A DNA stretch of 53,947 nucleotides from an uncultured Bacilli bacterium. Its GTDB lineage: Bacteria > Bacillota_I > Bacilli_A > RF39 > UBA660. Position 1 is the stretch's first letter. Each line of letters starts with the position of its first letter. Below, one piece after another: positions 16,929 through 25,170 of this stretch. The notes below the pieces were generated by a model. It was not told where the DNA came from and did no database searches. It saw nothing but the letters and a program-made list of their open reading frames with translations. The stretch lies in assembly GCA_947629135.1 (NCBI GenBank), contig CANRCN010000002.1, forward strand, positions 1-53,947. The letters run 5' to 3'. A program made the position numbers and the translations under genes.

Positions 16929-16977
16929 CTTGATAAATTCTTAATTTATGATATAATATTATTGAAAATAGGAAGGT
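16929..16977 (+). promoter_or_regulatory. Promoter block shared with 36572-36620 (TTGATA, 16 nt, TGATATAAT) plus conserved initial transcribed sequence
   Basis: CTTGATAAATT..(8)..ATGATATAATATTATTGAAAATAG[G/A]AAG is present at both loci. Here the -35 is at 16930-16935 and the -10 at 16952-16957. Confidence 0.55.
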
Positions 16978-17142
16978 TGTGATTACATTGAAAAATAAAG
17001 AAAAACATCAAATAATTAACTTAAATAGCAATGCTAAGCAACAGCTAAATCAACAACTATATATAAGTATAAAGAATCTTGTATTTTAAATACTATGTTT
17101 CTTTATGCTTTTTAATATATTTGCTTGAAAGGAGATGAGCCA

Positions 17143-20064
17143 ATGAAATTAAAGAAAAAAAAGAAAAAAAAGATTATAGCACTATCAGTAACAATTTTAA
17201 TTGTATTTGCTATGTTTGGAATAACTTTTTCACTATGGACTTATTCTAAAAAAATTAAAAATCAATTATTAATTGCAGGAGAGTTGTATATGAGATATAC
17301 ACACTCTAATAGTGTCTTCATTAATAATACTCTTCCAACAAGTGAATATAATCCTGAGAATTTATTTGAATTTACAATAGAAGGGAAAAATACTTATAGT
17401 AAACCAATTTGGTATGAAATAATACTTGAATATGGTGAAACTCCTGCAGATAGAAAAACAAGGATACCAGATAAGTTTTTAAGATTTAGATTAACTGAAC
17501 AAATAGAAGGTGGACAAGAAGAAGTAGTAATTGAAGAAGGAACCTATACTAAAATTAGTAAAGGTCAAAGCATCTGGGTAAATACAATTAATCCAAATGC
17601 TAAAACTGAAAGTAAAATAACTTATAAATTATATGTATGGATATCTGATGAAATAAAAATAGGTGATGTTGATCAAGGAGCAGATATTGATAAAGATACT
17701 TGGGATAATGATGCATTTGCTAGTATTGCAGTAACAGTAAAAGGTGATTTCAAACGAAAAGATTTAGATGAAAATCTTCCAGAATCAGCTGCTGTTAGAG
17801 TTATAAAATCAACTTTAGGTCAAGCAAATGGAATAATTGGAGTGTCAGTAGACGATAAAGGAAATGTAAGCAAAGTAACTGATACTAGTAGTAATACAAT
17901 AAGAGAATATAGATATTCAGGACTAGATGTTAATAACTATGTTTACTTCAATTGTAAAGATGGAGCTACACAAACAACATCAAATTGTGAACTTTGGAGA
18001 ATAATAGGAGTATTCCAAGATGGAGGATATAATAAAATAAAAATAGTTCGCGATAAAGCTTTAGATAATAATTTGTTTCCAGAAACTTATGATTTTGGAG
18101 ATATAACTTATAAAATAAAACTTCCTACAGCTGGTAAAATTGGAGCATATTGGAATGATGTTTCAGAATCAAATGATTGGGCAACAGCAGGAATTCAATA
18201 TTGGCTAAATTCTCAAGGAACAGGAGATAAAGGATATTTAAAATCTTTATCCTATAATGCTCAAAATATGATATCTGATACCAAATATTATTTGGGAAAT
18301 GTAAAATATAGTTCAGCATATATAGATGATACTTCTATATCTGCATATGCCAATGAAAGAGCAGTAACAGGTTGTGCTAATAATAAAGGACCAGCTACTA
18401 ACAATAGTAGAACTAATGTTGAAAATAATAAAAATTGTTTAGTATATGCTAATAATGCGGCAACCTGGATAGGAAAAATAGCATTAATGTATCCAAGTGA
18501 TTATGGATTTTCAGCAGATAGTCAGTATTGGAATACTAACCTAGGAACTGGTGGTTTTGATGGAGATGCATCAGCATCAAGCTGGATATTTAAAGGAGCA
18601 AATCTCACTAGTAGTGAATGGCTTTTAAATGGAAATACTGGAGGAGCAAATTTTATCTCATATTTACGTAATCAGGGACGTATAACTACACAAGGATCTG
18701 AAAATACTCCATTATATATAAGACCAACTTTATATCTTAAATCAGATATATTAATAGATGGAGGAACTGGAACAAAAGCAGATCCATATAAGTTAAAATA
18801 TGATAATATATTTGTAGATTTGAGTGAAGAAAATGGTAGTGTTTTAGTGGATGGAGAAACAACGTTTACAGCAACTACTAATATAAAAGGAACTTTTAAT
18901 GTAACTTCTACTAATTCTCAGAAAGTTAATATAACTACTCAAGGTAGTAATACAAACCAAGTAACGGTAACTATAAAAGGAAAAGAATTAGGAGATGCTG
19001 ATATAAAAGTAGAATTTATACCAACTGATCCGAATTATAAAAGACAAACTAAAACTTATAAAGTAGTAGTAGCAGATAAAGTATTAGCAACTACAGAAAT
19101 TAAATCTCAACTTGGCAAAGGAGGCTTAGTTTCTATAACTCAAAGTAGTGCAGTATCAGCAAGCGATAAAAATGTAATTAGAGAATACAGATATTCTGGT
19201 TTAAATGTAAATAATTATGTTTATTTTAATTGTAAAGATAATCAACCTCAAAGTTCAACAAATTGTGAGAAATGGCGAATACTTGGAGTATTTAAAGATG
19301 AAAAGGGAGAAGATCATATAAAGATTGTACGAAATGAAGTTTTGTCATCAATACCTACTACGTATGAAGCAAATGAAAAAACATTTAACTTAGGTAGTAG
19401 TAGTAATAGTAAGTATAGTAGATGGGATACAGATGTGGACTTTACTAATAATTGGGCAGAAGCAGGATTAATGAATTGGTTAAATTCAAAAGGAACTGTA
19501 AATGGCTACTTGAAAAATTTATCAATCACATCACAGAATATGATTAAAAAAACAAAATATTATTTGGGTACTACATATCCTATTACTGATAAAGTAAAAA
19601 CATCTTATGAAAAAGAAACAGCAATAACTGATTGTGTAAATAATATAGGACCTGAAACAAATACTAGTAAAACTAATATAGAAAAAAATGCAAATTGTCA
19701 AGTGTGGGCAAATAATGCTGCAACATGGGAAGGAGAAATCGCCTTAATGTATCCAAGTGATTATGGATTTAGTGTAGATAGTCAATATTGGGCATCAACA
19801 GAATTATTTAAATATAATACAGAAGCTGCCGCAACTAGTTGGTTATCCAAAGCTAATCATGTAACATCAAGTGAATGGCTTTTGTCCCCATCTGTTTTAA
19901 GTACTAGTTCTAGAGTTGATTTTTGGGCATTAGCTGGTCAAGTTTCTAGTTCGGAATCAAGCACTTATAATTACTTTGTTAGACCTGCTCTTTATCTAAA
20001 TTCAGATATTAATATTACTGGTGGCTCTGGAACGGATGCAAGTCCATATCAATTATCGATGTAA
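17143..20064 (+). CDS. Giant modular surface protein, paralog A (N-domain, module, Ig-like domain, module)
   Basis: ATG 17143 follows AAAGGAGA. The protein has a K-run and a single hydrophobic segment, followed by Cys-containing modules (see the repeat features) and a terminator. Confidence 0.8.
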   Translation: MKLKKKKKKKIIALSVTILIVFAMFGITFSLWTYSKKIKNQLLIAGELYMRYTHSNSVFINNTLPTSEYNPENLFEFTIEGKNTYSKPIWYEIILEYGETPADRKTRIPDKFLRFRLTEQIEGGQEEVVIEEGTYTKISKGQSIWVNTINPNAKTESKITYKLYVWISDEIKIGDVDQGADIDKDTWDNDAFASIAVTVKGDFKRKDLDENLPESAAVRVIKSTLGQANGIIGVSVDDKGNVSKVTDTSSNTIREYRYSGLDVNNYVYFNCKDGATQTTSNCELWRIIGVFQDGGYNKIKIVRDKALDNNLFPETYDFGDITYKIKLPTAGKIGAYWNDVSESNDWATAGIQYWLNSQGTGDKGYLKSLSYNAQNMISDTKYYLGNVKYSSAYIDDTSISAYANERAVTGCANNKGPATNNSRTNVENNKNCLVYANNAATWIGKIALMYPSDYGFSADSQYWNTNLGTGGFDGDASASSWIFKGANLTSSEWLLNGNTGGANFISYLRNQGRITTQGSENTPLYIRPTLYLKSDILIDGGTGTKADPYKLKYDNIFVDLSEENGSVLVDGETTFTATTNIKGTFNVTSTNSQKVNITTQGSNTNQVTVTIKGKELGDADIKVEFIPTDPNYKRQTKTYKVVVADKVLATTEIKSQLGKGGLVSITQSSAVSASDKNVIREYRYSGLNVNNYVYFNCKDNQPQSSTNCEKWRILGVFKDEKGEDHIKIVRNEVLSSIPTTYEANEKTFNLGSSSNSKYSRWDTDVDFTNNWAEAGLMNWLNSKGTVNGYLKNLSITSQNMIKKTKYYLGTTYPITDKVKTSYEKETAITDCVNNIGPETNTSKTNIEKNANCQVWANNAATWEGEIALMYPSDYGFSVDSQYWASTELFKYNTEAAATSWLSKANHVTSSEWLLSPSVLSTSSRVDFWALAGQVSSSESSTYNYFVRPALYLNSDINITGGSGTDASPYQLSM
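17788..18800 (+). repeat. Intragenic module A1 (about 335 aa), boundaries approximate
   Basis: The module starts near AAVRVIKSTLGQANGIIGV, contains IREYRYSGLDVNNYVYFNCKD (REYRYSG begins at 17902), and ends with IRPTLYLKSDILIDGGTGTKADPYKL. Confidence 0.6.
19078..20061 (+). repeat. Intragenic module A2, boundaries approximate
   Basis: The module runs from VLATTEIKSQLGKGGLVS through IREYRYSGLNVNNYVYFNCKD (19180) to VRPALYLNSDINITGGSGTDASPYQL. Confidence 0.6.
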
Positions 20065-20072
20065 ATATAATT

Positions 20073-20104
20073 AGAATTAAGCATTTTTACTTAATTCTTT
20101 TTAA
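20073..20104 (+). terminator. Rho-independent terminator
   Basis: AGAATTAA ... TTAATTCT stem followed by a T-run. Confidence 0.65.
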
Positions 20105-20188
20105 TTTTACTTTTTAAATTTAAAAAGAATATTGCAGTAATATTTTTTATTGAAAAGAACAGATCTTATTAGATGTAAGTAATTAATC

Positions 20189-20217
20189 TTGACTTTTAAT
20201 GATAAATATGATATAAT
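20189..20217 (+). promoter_or_regulatory. Sigma-A-type promoter
   Basis: TTGACT, a 17-nt spacer, then TATAAT with an upstream TG. The track's TTG start codon is actually this -35 element. Confidence 0.5.
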
Positions 20218-20245
20218 CTATCAATGTCAAAGGGGGATTGTTGAT

Positions 20246-22201
20246 ATGAGAAGTAGTTTAGTTCATGAAATAATAGGTAGAATTTATGAAACAAGGTTTG
20301 TAGATAGTTTTAAAGAAGAATTAATGAGAGGGTCTTTTTTTAGAAAAATTGATGAAAGGTTATTAGAAAAAATAGTTGAACTAGATGATTATGATTTTAA
20401 ATATTATTTAAGTTTTTTATATGGAATATATAAAAAGAATAATAATATAATGATTTATTATGATAAATTAGCTAAAATTACTAAACTTATGCTTTCTAAA
20501 TTAGGAAGTATAAATGTAAGTGCTCTTGTTGATATATTGGTTAATACTAATTTAATAAATAAAGAATATATTGTTGAATTTGCAAATATGTTATTACGTA
20601 TTAAAGAAATTAAAAAAGTAGATACAATAGTTGATATGGTATATGATCAAGAAATAGAAGATAGAAATTTTGATATACTTATTAAGTCTTTATTGTATTT
20701 TGATACTAATTATGGAAGAGAGTTTATAATTGGTCTTTTAAATAATAAAAAGATGGTTATTAATGAAGTTGAATTAAAAGGTGCTTTAAGTTTTTTAAAT
20801 AAAACTCAAGAGGAATATAAATTAGTTGCTTTTTATAAATTATTTGTTTTAGGTGAGTTAAAAGACATTAGTTTATATTCAGAATATGGTATGTTAATTA
20901 AAAATGCTTTATTAAAAGCTAATAATCAAGAACAATTAAATACTATTGTTAAATTGAGTGTAGTTTTAAAAACTTCAAGATTTAGAAATAGTATTGTTAA
21001 ACAAATAATTAATTGTAATAATATATATGCATTGAGGGAATATGAAGAATTGGTTAAAATGCCTAAGATATTAAATGATAATAATATAATAGATATAATG
21101 GAAAAAATAAATAGGATTAAAAATGATATACAAGGTACTGTTATTAGTAATTTATTAAGTATTAATCCTAATAATATATTATTATTAATTGATGAAGTTA
21201 TAAAGAAAGAACATATTAAATTATTATATATAACAACTTATCTTGAAAAGCTTGAAACTAATAATTTGTTATATTTACTTAATGATATAGATTTATTTGG
21301 AATGGTATTAGATTTTAAAGATGGTTATAAGTATGATTTTTTAATGAAGGTATTAAATCATCAAGAATTTATAATGAGTAAGAAAAATAGAGAGGTTATT
21401 AAAGATTTCTTTAAAGTAAAAGAAGAATATAAGTATATTGCTTTTTATAAATATATAAAAGATAATGCTAATGATAAAGAATTTACTTTAGATAGTAATA
21501 GTTCTAGAAATGTTATTACTTTATTAAAAGAAACTAAAAAGAAATTTCAAGCTAATGCTGTAGTTAGAATTAGTAATTTATCTAAAAAATTTAAGTTTAA
21601 TGATAATATTCTTATTAAGGCAGCTTTTGTTAAAGATGAAATGACTGGTATTTTATTAGGTGATCTTATAGAAAGTGGTATTTCAGAAGATGAAAGATTT
21701 AATGATATATTATCTAATTTTGAAAAATGTGAAGTTTCTATAGCTTCAGTTGGTATGATTGAGCTTGCTAAAAATATGAGATTAAGAAGTTCTAAGTTTT
21801 TGTTAGGTTATTTCATGATTATGAAAAGATTGAAAAAAATTAATCAAGTTGGGGTATTACTTGATATACTTGAGAAATATCCTGATTTAGATGAATATGA
21901 ATTATTTAAGTATTGTGAGAAAATTATGTTTGTTACTAATACTAAATTATTATTAATCATAGAAAGATTAATTCTTAATAATAAGAAGATAAATAAAGAA
22001 ACTATGGATTTATGTTTAGATATTAATGGTAATAGTAGTTATGAAAATATTAAGTTTATTAAAGAATATTTAAGATTAAATGGTATGGGTGATATATTAG
22101 GAGAAGATGAAGTAGATATTGAAGAAGTAATATATATGTTAAATAGACAAAAGTCTTTTGATTTAAATCCTAATAGTGTCTTGGTTTATAAGAAAAATTA
22201 G
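20246..22201 (+). CDS. Hypothetical helical repeat protein (about 651 aa), apparently cytoplasmic
   Basis: ATG 20246 follows AAAGGGGGA. There are no hydrophobic segments. An internal repeat is visible (..EEYKLVAFYKLF.. and ..EEYKYIAFYKYI.. about 204 aa apart). Confidence 0.6.
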   Translation: MRSSLVHEIIGRIYETRFVDSFKEELMRGSFFRKIDERLLEKIVELDDYDFKYYLSFLYGIYKKNNNIMIYYDKLAKITKLMLSKLGSINVSALVDILVNTNLINKEYIVEFANMLLRIKEIKKVDTIVDMVYDQEIEDRNFDILIKSLLYFDTNYGREFIIGLLNNKKMVINEVELKGALSFLNKTQEEYKLVAFYKLFVLGELKDISLYSEYGMLIKNALLKANNQEQLNTIVKLSVVLKTSRFRNSIVKQIINCNNIYALREYEELVKMPKILNDNNIIDIMEKINRIKNDIQGTVISNLLSINPNNILLLIDEVIKKEHIKLLYITTYLEKLETNNLLYLLNDIDLFGMVLDFKDGYKYDFLMKVLNHQEFIMSKKNREVIKDFFKVKEEYKYIAFYKYIKDNANDKEFTLDSNSSRNVITLLKETKKKFQANAVVRISNLSKKFKFNDNILIKAAFVKDEMTGILLGDLIESGISEDERFNDILSNFEKCEVSIASVGMIELAKNMRLRSSKFLLGYFMIMKRLKKINQVGVLLDILEKYPDLDEYELFKYCEKIMFVTNTKLLLIIERLILNNKKINKETMDLCLDINGNSSYENIKFIKEYLRLNGMGDILGEDEVDIEEVIYMLNRQKSFDLNPNSVLVYKKN

Positions 22202-22226
22202 AAGTAGTAAAAGCTACTTCTTTTAC
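22200..22226 (+). terminator. Rho-independent terminator
   Basis: GAAGTAG ... CTACTTC stem followed by TTTT. Confidence 0.6.
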
Positions 22227-22316
22227 ATTTTACAGTCTAACTTTACATTTTCTGAATAAATTTATTTTTACCTTCTCATATAATATGGTATAATAAAGTA
22301 AAGTTAGGTGATTGGA

Positions 22317-23411
22317 ATGCATGTAATTATAAGTGCTGGTGGTACAGGTGGTCATATTTATCCAGCTTTGAGTATTATAAAAAAGATAAAAGAAAAAGAA
22401 CCAGATAGTACGTTTCTTTATATAGGAACTAAGGATAGAATGGAAAGCAAGATCATTCCAAATGAAGGAATTCCTTTTTTAGGAATTAATATGCAAGGGT
22501 TAAGTAAGAATCCGTTTAAGTCTTTAAAAAGTATAGCCTTGCTTTTGAAGTCAATGGGAAAGATTAAAGATGAAATAAAAAAATTTAATCCAGATATTGT
22601 AATTGGAGTAGGGGGGTATATAACTTTTCCAGTTATTTATAATGCTAAGAAATTAGGTTATAAAACATTTATTCATGAACAAAATTCAATTGCTGGAAAA
22701 ACTAATCGAATGCTTGTTAAATATACAGATAAGATTGCAGTTAGCTTACCAGGTAGTTTAAAATATTTTCCTAAAGGACAAGCTGTTTTTACAGGTAATC
22801 CTAGAAGTAGTGAAGCTGTTCTAGCAAAACCAATTGAAAAAGGAGAACTAGGTCTTTCAAATAATAAAAAATTAGTTATGATTGTAATGGGTTCTCTTGG
22901 TTCTATGACAATTAGTAATGAATTAAAGGAAATAATTCCAAAATTTAAAGATAAATCTTATGAAGTTTTATTAATAACTGGTAATAATTATTATGAAGAA
23001 TTTAAAAATTTTAATTTAAATAATGTAAAAATTGTTCCTTTTTTAAATAATATGTTGAATGTTTTGCAAATTTGTGATTTAATAGTAACTCGAGCGGGAG
23101 CCTCAACAATTGCAGAGATAACGGCAATTGGACTACCCTCAATTTTAGTACCAAGTCCTTATGTTGCTAATAACCATCAATTTTATAATGCGATGGAGTT
23201 AGTTAATGCTAAGGCAAGTTTACTACTAGAAGAAAAAGATTTTAATGCGAATATTCTTCTTGAAAAGATTGATACCGTATTAAATAATCCTAATTTGTAC
23301 AAAGAAATGCATGAAGGTGCTTTATCCTTAGCTAATACTTCAAGTAGTGAACAAATTTATCAGTTAATTTTAGAATTGGTAGGTAAGGCTTATGGAAAAA
23401 ATAATAAATGA
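22317..23411 (+). CDS. murG: UDP-N-acetylglucosamine--N-acetylmuramyl-(pentapeptide) pyrophosphoryl-undecaprenol GlcNAc transferase
   Basis: The motifs are SAGGTGGHIYPALS and RAGASTIAEITAIGLPSILVPSPYVANNHQ, and the start is ATG 22317 after AGGTGA. Confidence 0.9.
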   Translation: MHVIISAGGTGGHIYPALSIIKKIKEKEPDSTFLYIGTKDRMESKIIPNEGIPFLGINMQGLSKNPFKSLKSIALLLKSMGKIKDEIKKFNPDIVIGVGGYITFPVIYNAKKLGYKTFIHEQNSIAGKTNRMLVKYTDKIAVSLPGSLKYFPKGQAVFTGNPRSSEAVLAKPIEKGELGLSNNKKLVMIVMGSLGSMTISNELKEIIPKFKDKSYEVLLITGNNYYEEFKNFNLNNVKIVPFLNNMLNVLQICDLIVTRAGASTIAEITAIGLPSILVPSPYVANNHQFYNAMELVNAKASLLLEEKDFNANILLEKIDTVLNNPNLYKEMHEGALSLANTSSSEQIYQLILELVGKAYGKNNK

Positions 23412-24300
23412 AATAATGGAAAAAAAGATTGGAGATGTTTCTACTAATATTTCTTTATCAAAGTATACAACTTATAAAGTTGGAGGAATTGCAAAAGTTA
23501 TTGTACATCCTAAGAATGTTGAAAAGTTAATTGAATTAATGGAAATTCTAAATGATAATGAAATAAAATATTTTATACTTGGAAATGGTAGTAATGTTCT
23601 TTTTAGTGATAATATTTATGAAGGAGTAATTATTAAACTTGATAATTTTGATGAGATTGAATTTGATGATACTTTAGTAACAGTTGGAGCTGGATATAGT
23701 TTAATAAAACTTTCAAATGAAACTGCAAAGTTAGGTTTAGCTGGTTTAGAGTTTGCATCAGGAATTCCAGGAACAGTTGGGGGAGCAACTTTCATGAATG
23801 CAGGTGCTTATAATTCAGATATGAAAAGTGTTATTAAAAGTGTAATGGTTTTAACTCCAGATTTAAAAATTATAACTTTAACAAACATGGAAATGAATTT
23901 TAATTACAGAGATAGTTTTTTACAACATAATAAAGGTTTTATTTGCCTTTCTGTTACTCTTAAACTATGGCATGGAGATAAAAATATATTATCAGATATT
24001 ATTAAAGAACGTAAATTAGCAAGAAAAAAGACTCAACCATTGGATTATCCAAGTGCTGGCTCAGTATTTAGAAATCCTGAAGGAATGTTTGCTGGAAAAT
24101 TAATTGAAGATTTAGATTTAAAAGGATATCAAGTAGGAGGAGCCATGATAAGTAAGAAACATGCTAATTTCATTATCAATATAGGTTCAGCAACTGCTAC
24201 AGATATCAAACAAATAGTGGATTTTATTAAAGAAAAAGTATATCAAGAATATGGAATTAAACTAAGAGTTGAACAAAGACTTGTAAATTGGGATGATTAA
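23392..24300 (+). CDS. murB: UDP-N-acetylenolpyruvoylglucosamine reductase
   Basis: The motifs are YTTYKVGG, LGNGSNVLF and PSAGSVFRNP. The gene overlaps the end of murG. Confidence 0.9.
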   Translation: MEKIINEIMEKKIGDVSTNISLSKYTTYKVGGIAKVIVHPKNVEKLIELMEILNDNEIKYFILGNGSNVLFSDNIYEGVIIKLDNFDEIEFDDTLVTVGAGYSLIKLSNETAKLGLAGLEFASGIPGTVGGATFMNAGAYNSDMKSVIKSVMVLTPDLKIITLTNMEMNFNYRDSFLQHNKGFICLSVTLKLWHGDKNILSDIIKERKLARKKTQPLDYPSAGSVFRNPEGMFAGKLIEDLDLKGYQVGGAMISKKHANFIINIGSATATDIKQIVDFIKEKVYQEYGIKLRVEQRLVNWDD

Positions 24301-24970
24301 TATGAGAAGAAAAAAGAATAAAAAGAAAAAGTTAATTAAAATTTTAACTATCTTAATCTTGCTAGGAGGACTTGCCAGCTATATCTTTTTGATGCGGGTT
24401 AAAAACATTTATATAGTTGGAAATAAATTATTAACTGATCAAGAAATAATAGAATTAGCTGGTCTTGAAAATTATCCAAAGCTATTTAAAAATTCAAGTT
24501 TTAGTATGGAAAATAAAATTAAAGTTAATTCATATATTGAAAGTGTTGATGTTAAAAAAGATTTATTTGGAGCAGTTACTATTAATGTTTGCGAGTATAA
24601 TTTACTTTTAAAAAATGATCTTGATAATATGATGTATTTATCAAATTCTAAAACTTTACCAATTGATAATGAGATTGTTGGAATACCAACTTTGATAAAT
24701 TCAATTCCTAAAGATATTTTAAATGCTTTCTTGAAAAAACTTGATAAAATTGATAAAGATATATTAAGTCAAATATCAGAAATTAAATATGAACCAAATG
24801 AGTATGATAAAGATTTATTCTTATTTTATATGGTAGATGGTAATTATGTTTATATAACAACAACGAGATTAAATAATATTAATAAATATGATGAGGCTTT
24901 AAAAGTCTTAGAAGGAAAGAAAGGTATCTTGTATCTTGATAGTGGAAATCATTTTCAAGTACTAGAATAA
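24293..24970 (+). CDS. divIB: Cell-division protein DivIB/FtsQ-like (TM segment plus POTRA)
   Basis: The protein has a K-rich N-terminus, one TM segment and the POTRA-like VKNIYIVGNKLLTDQEIIELAGL, and sits in the usual position after murB. Confidence 0.7.
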   Translation: MINMRRKKNKKKKLIKILTILILLGGLASYIFLMRVKNIYIVGNKLLTDQEIIELAGLENYPKLFKNSSFSMENKIKVNSYIESVDVKKDLFGAVTINVCEYNLLLKNDLDNMMYLSNSKTLPIDNEIVGIPTLINSIPKDILNAFLKKLDKIDKDILSQISEIKYEPNEYDKDLFLFYMVDGNYVYITTTRLNNINKYDEALKVLEGKKGILYLDSGNHFQVLE

Positions 24971-25170
24971 TCTTTCTTTTTTTGATATAATATCTATAAA
25001 GGTAGATGATTAGGATGTATGATATAAGTTTAGATAACTTTCAAGGTCCTATGGATTTATTAAATCATTTTCAAGTACTAGAATAATATCTTTTTTTTTG
25101 ATATAATAGAAAAGGTGATTAAGATGTATGATATAAGTCTAGATAACTTTCAAGGTCCTATGGATTTATT
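24946..25170. repeat. Tandem duplication (two units of about 116 and 109 bp) spanning the divIB 3' end, the intergenic promoter and the scpA 5' end
   Basis: AAATCATTTTCAAGTACTAGAATAA occurs at about 24946 and again at about 25062. ATGTATGATATAAGT[T/C]TAGATAACTTTCAAGGTCCTATGGATTTATT occurs at 25015 and again at 25124. The centre of the unit has diverged. Confidence 0.85.

Noticed and set aside
25115-25123. GTG 25115 as the scpA start (per the ORF track), and similar upstream GTG/TTG starts at 3898, 6844, 10617, 15817, 17125, 20189, 22308, 40666, 42219, 28279(-) and 36502(-)
   Set aside because: In each case the alternative codon lies inside or upstream of the Shine-Dalgarno sequence (or, at 20189, is a -35 hexamer), and a properly spaced ATG follows. 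I adjusted the coordinates accordingly.
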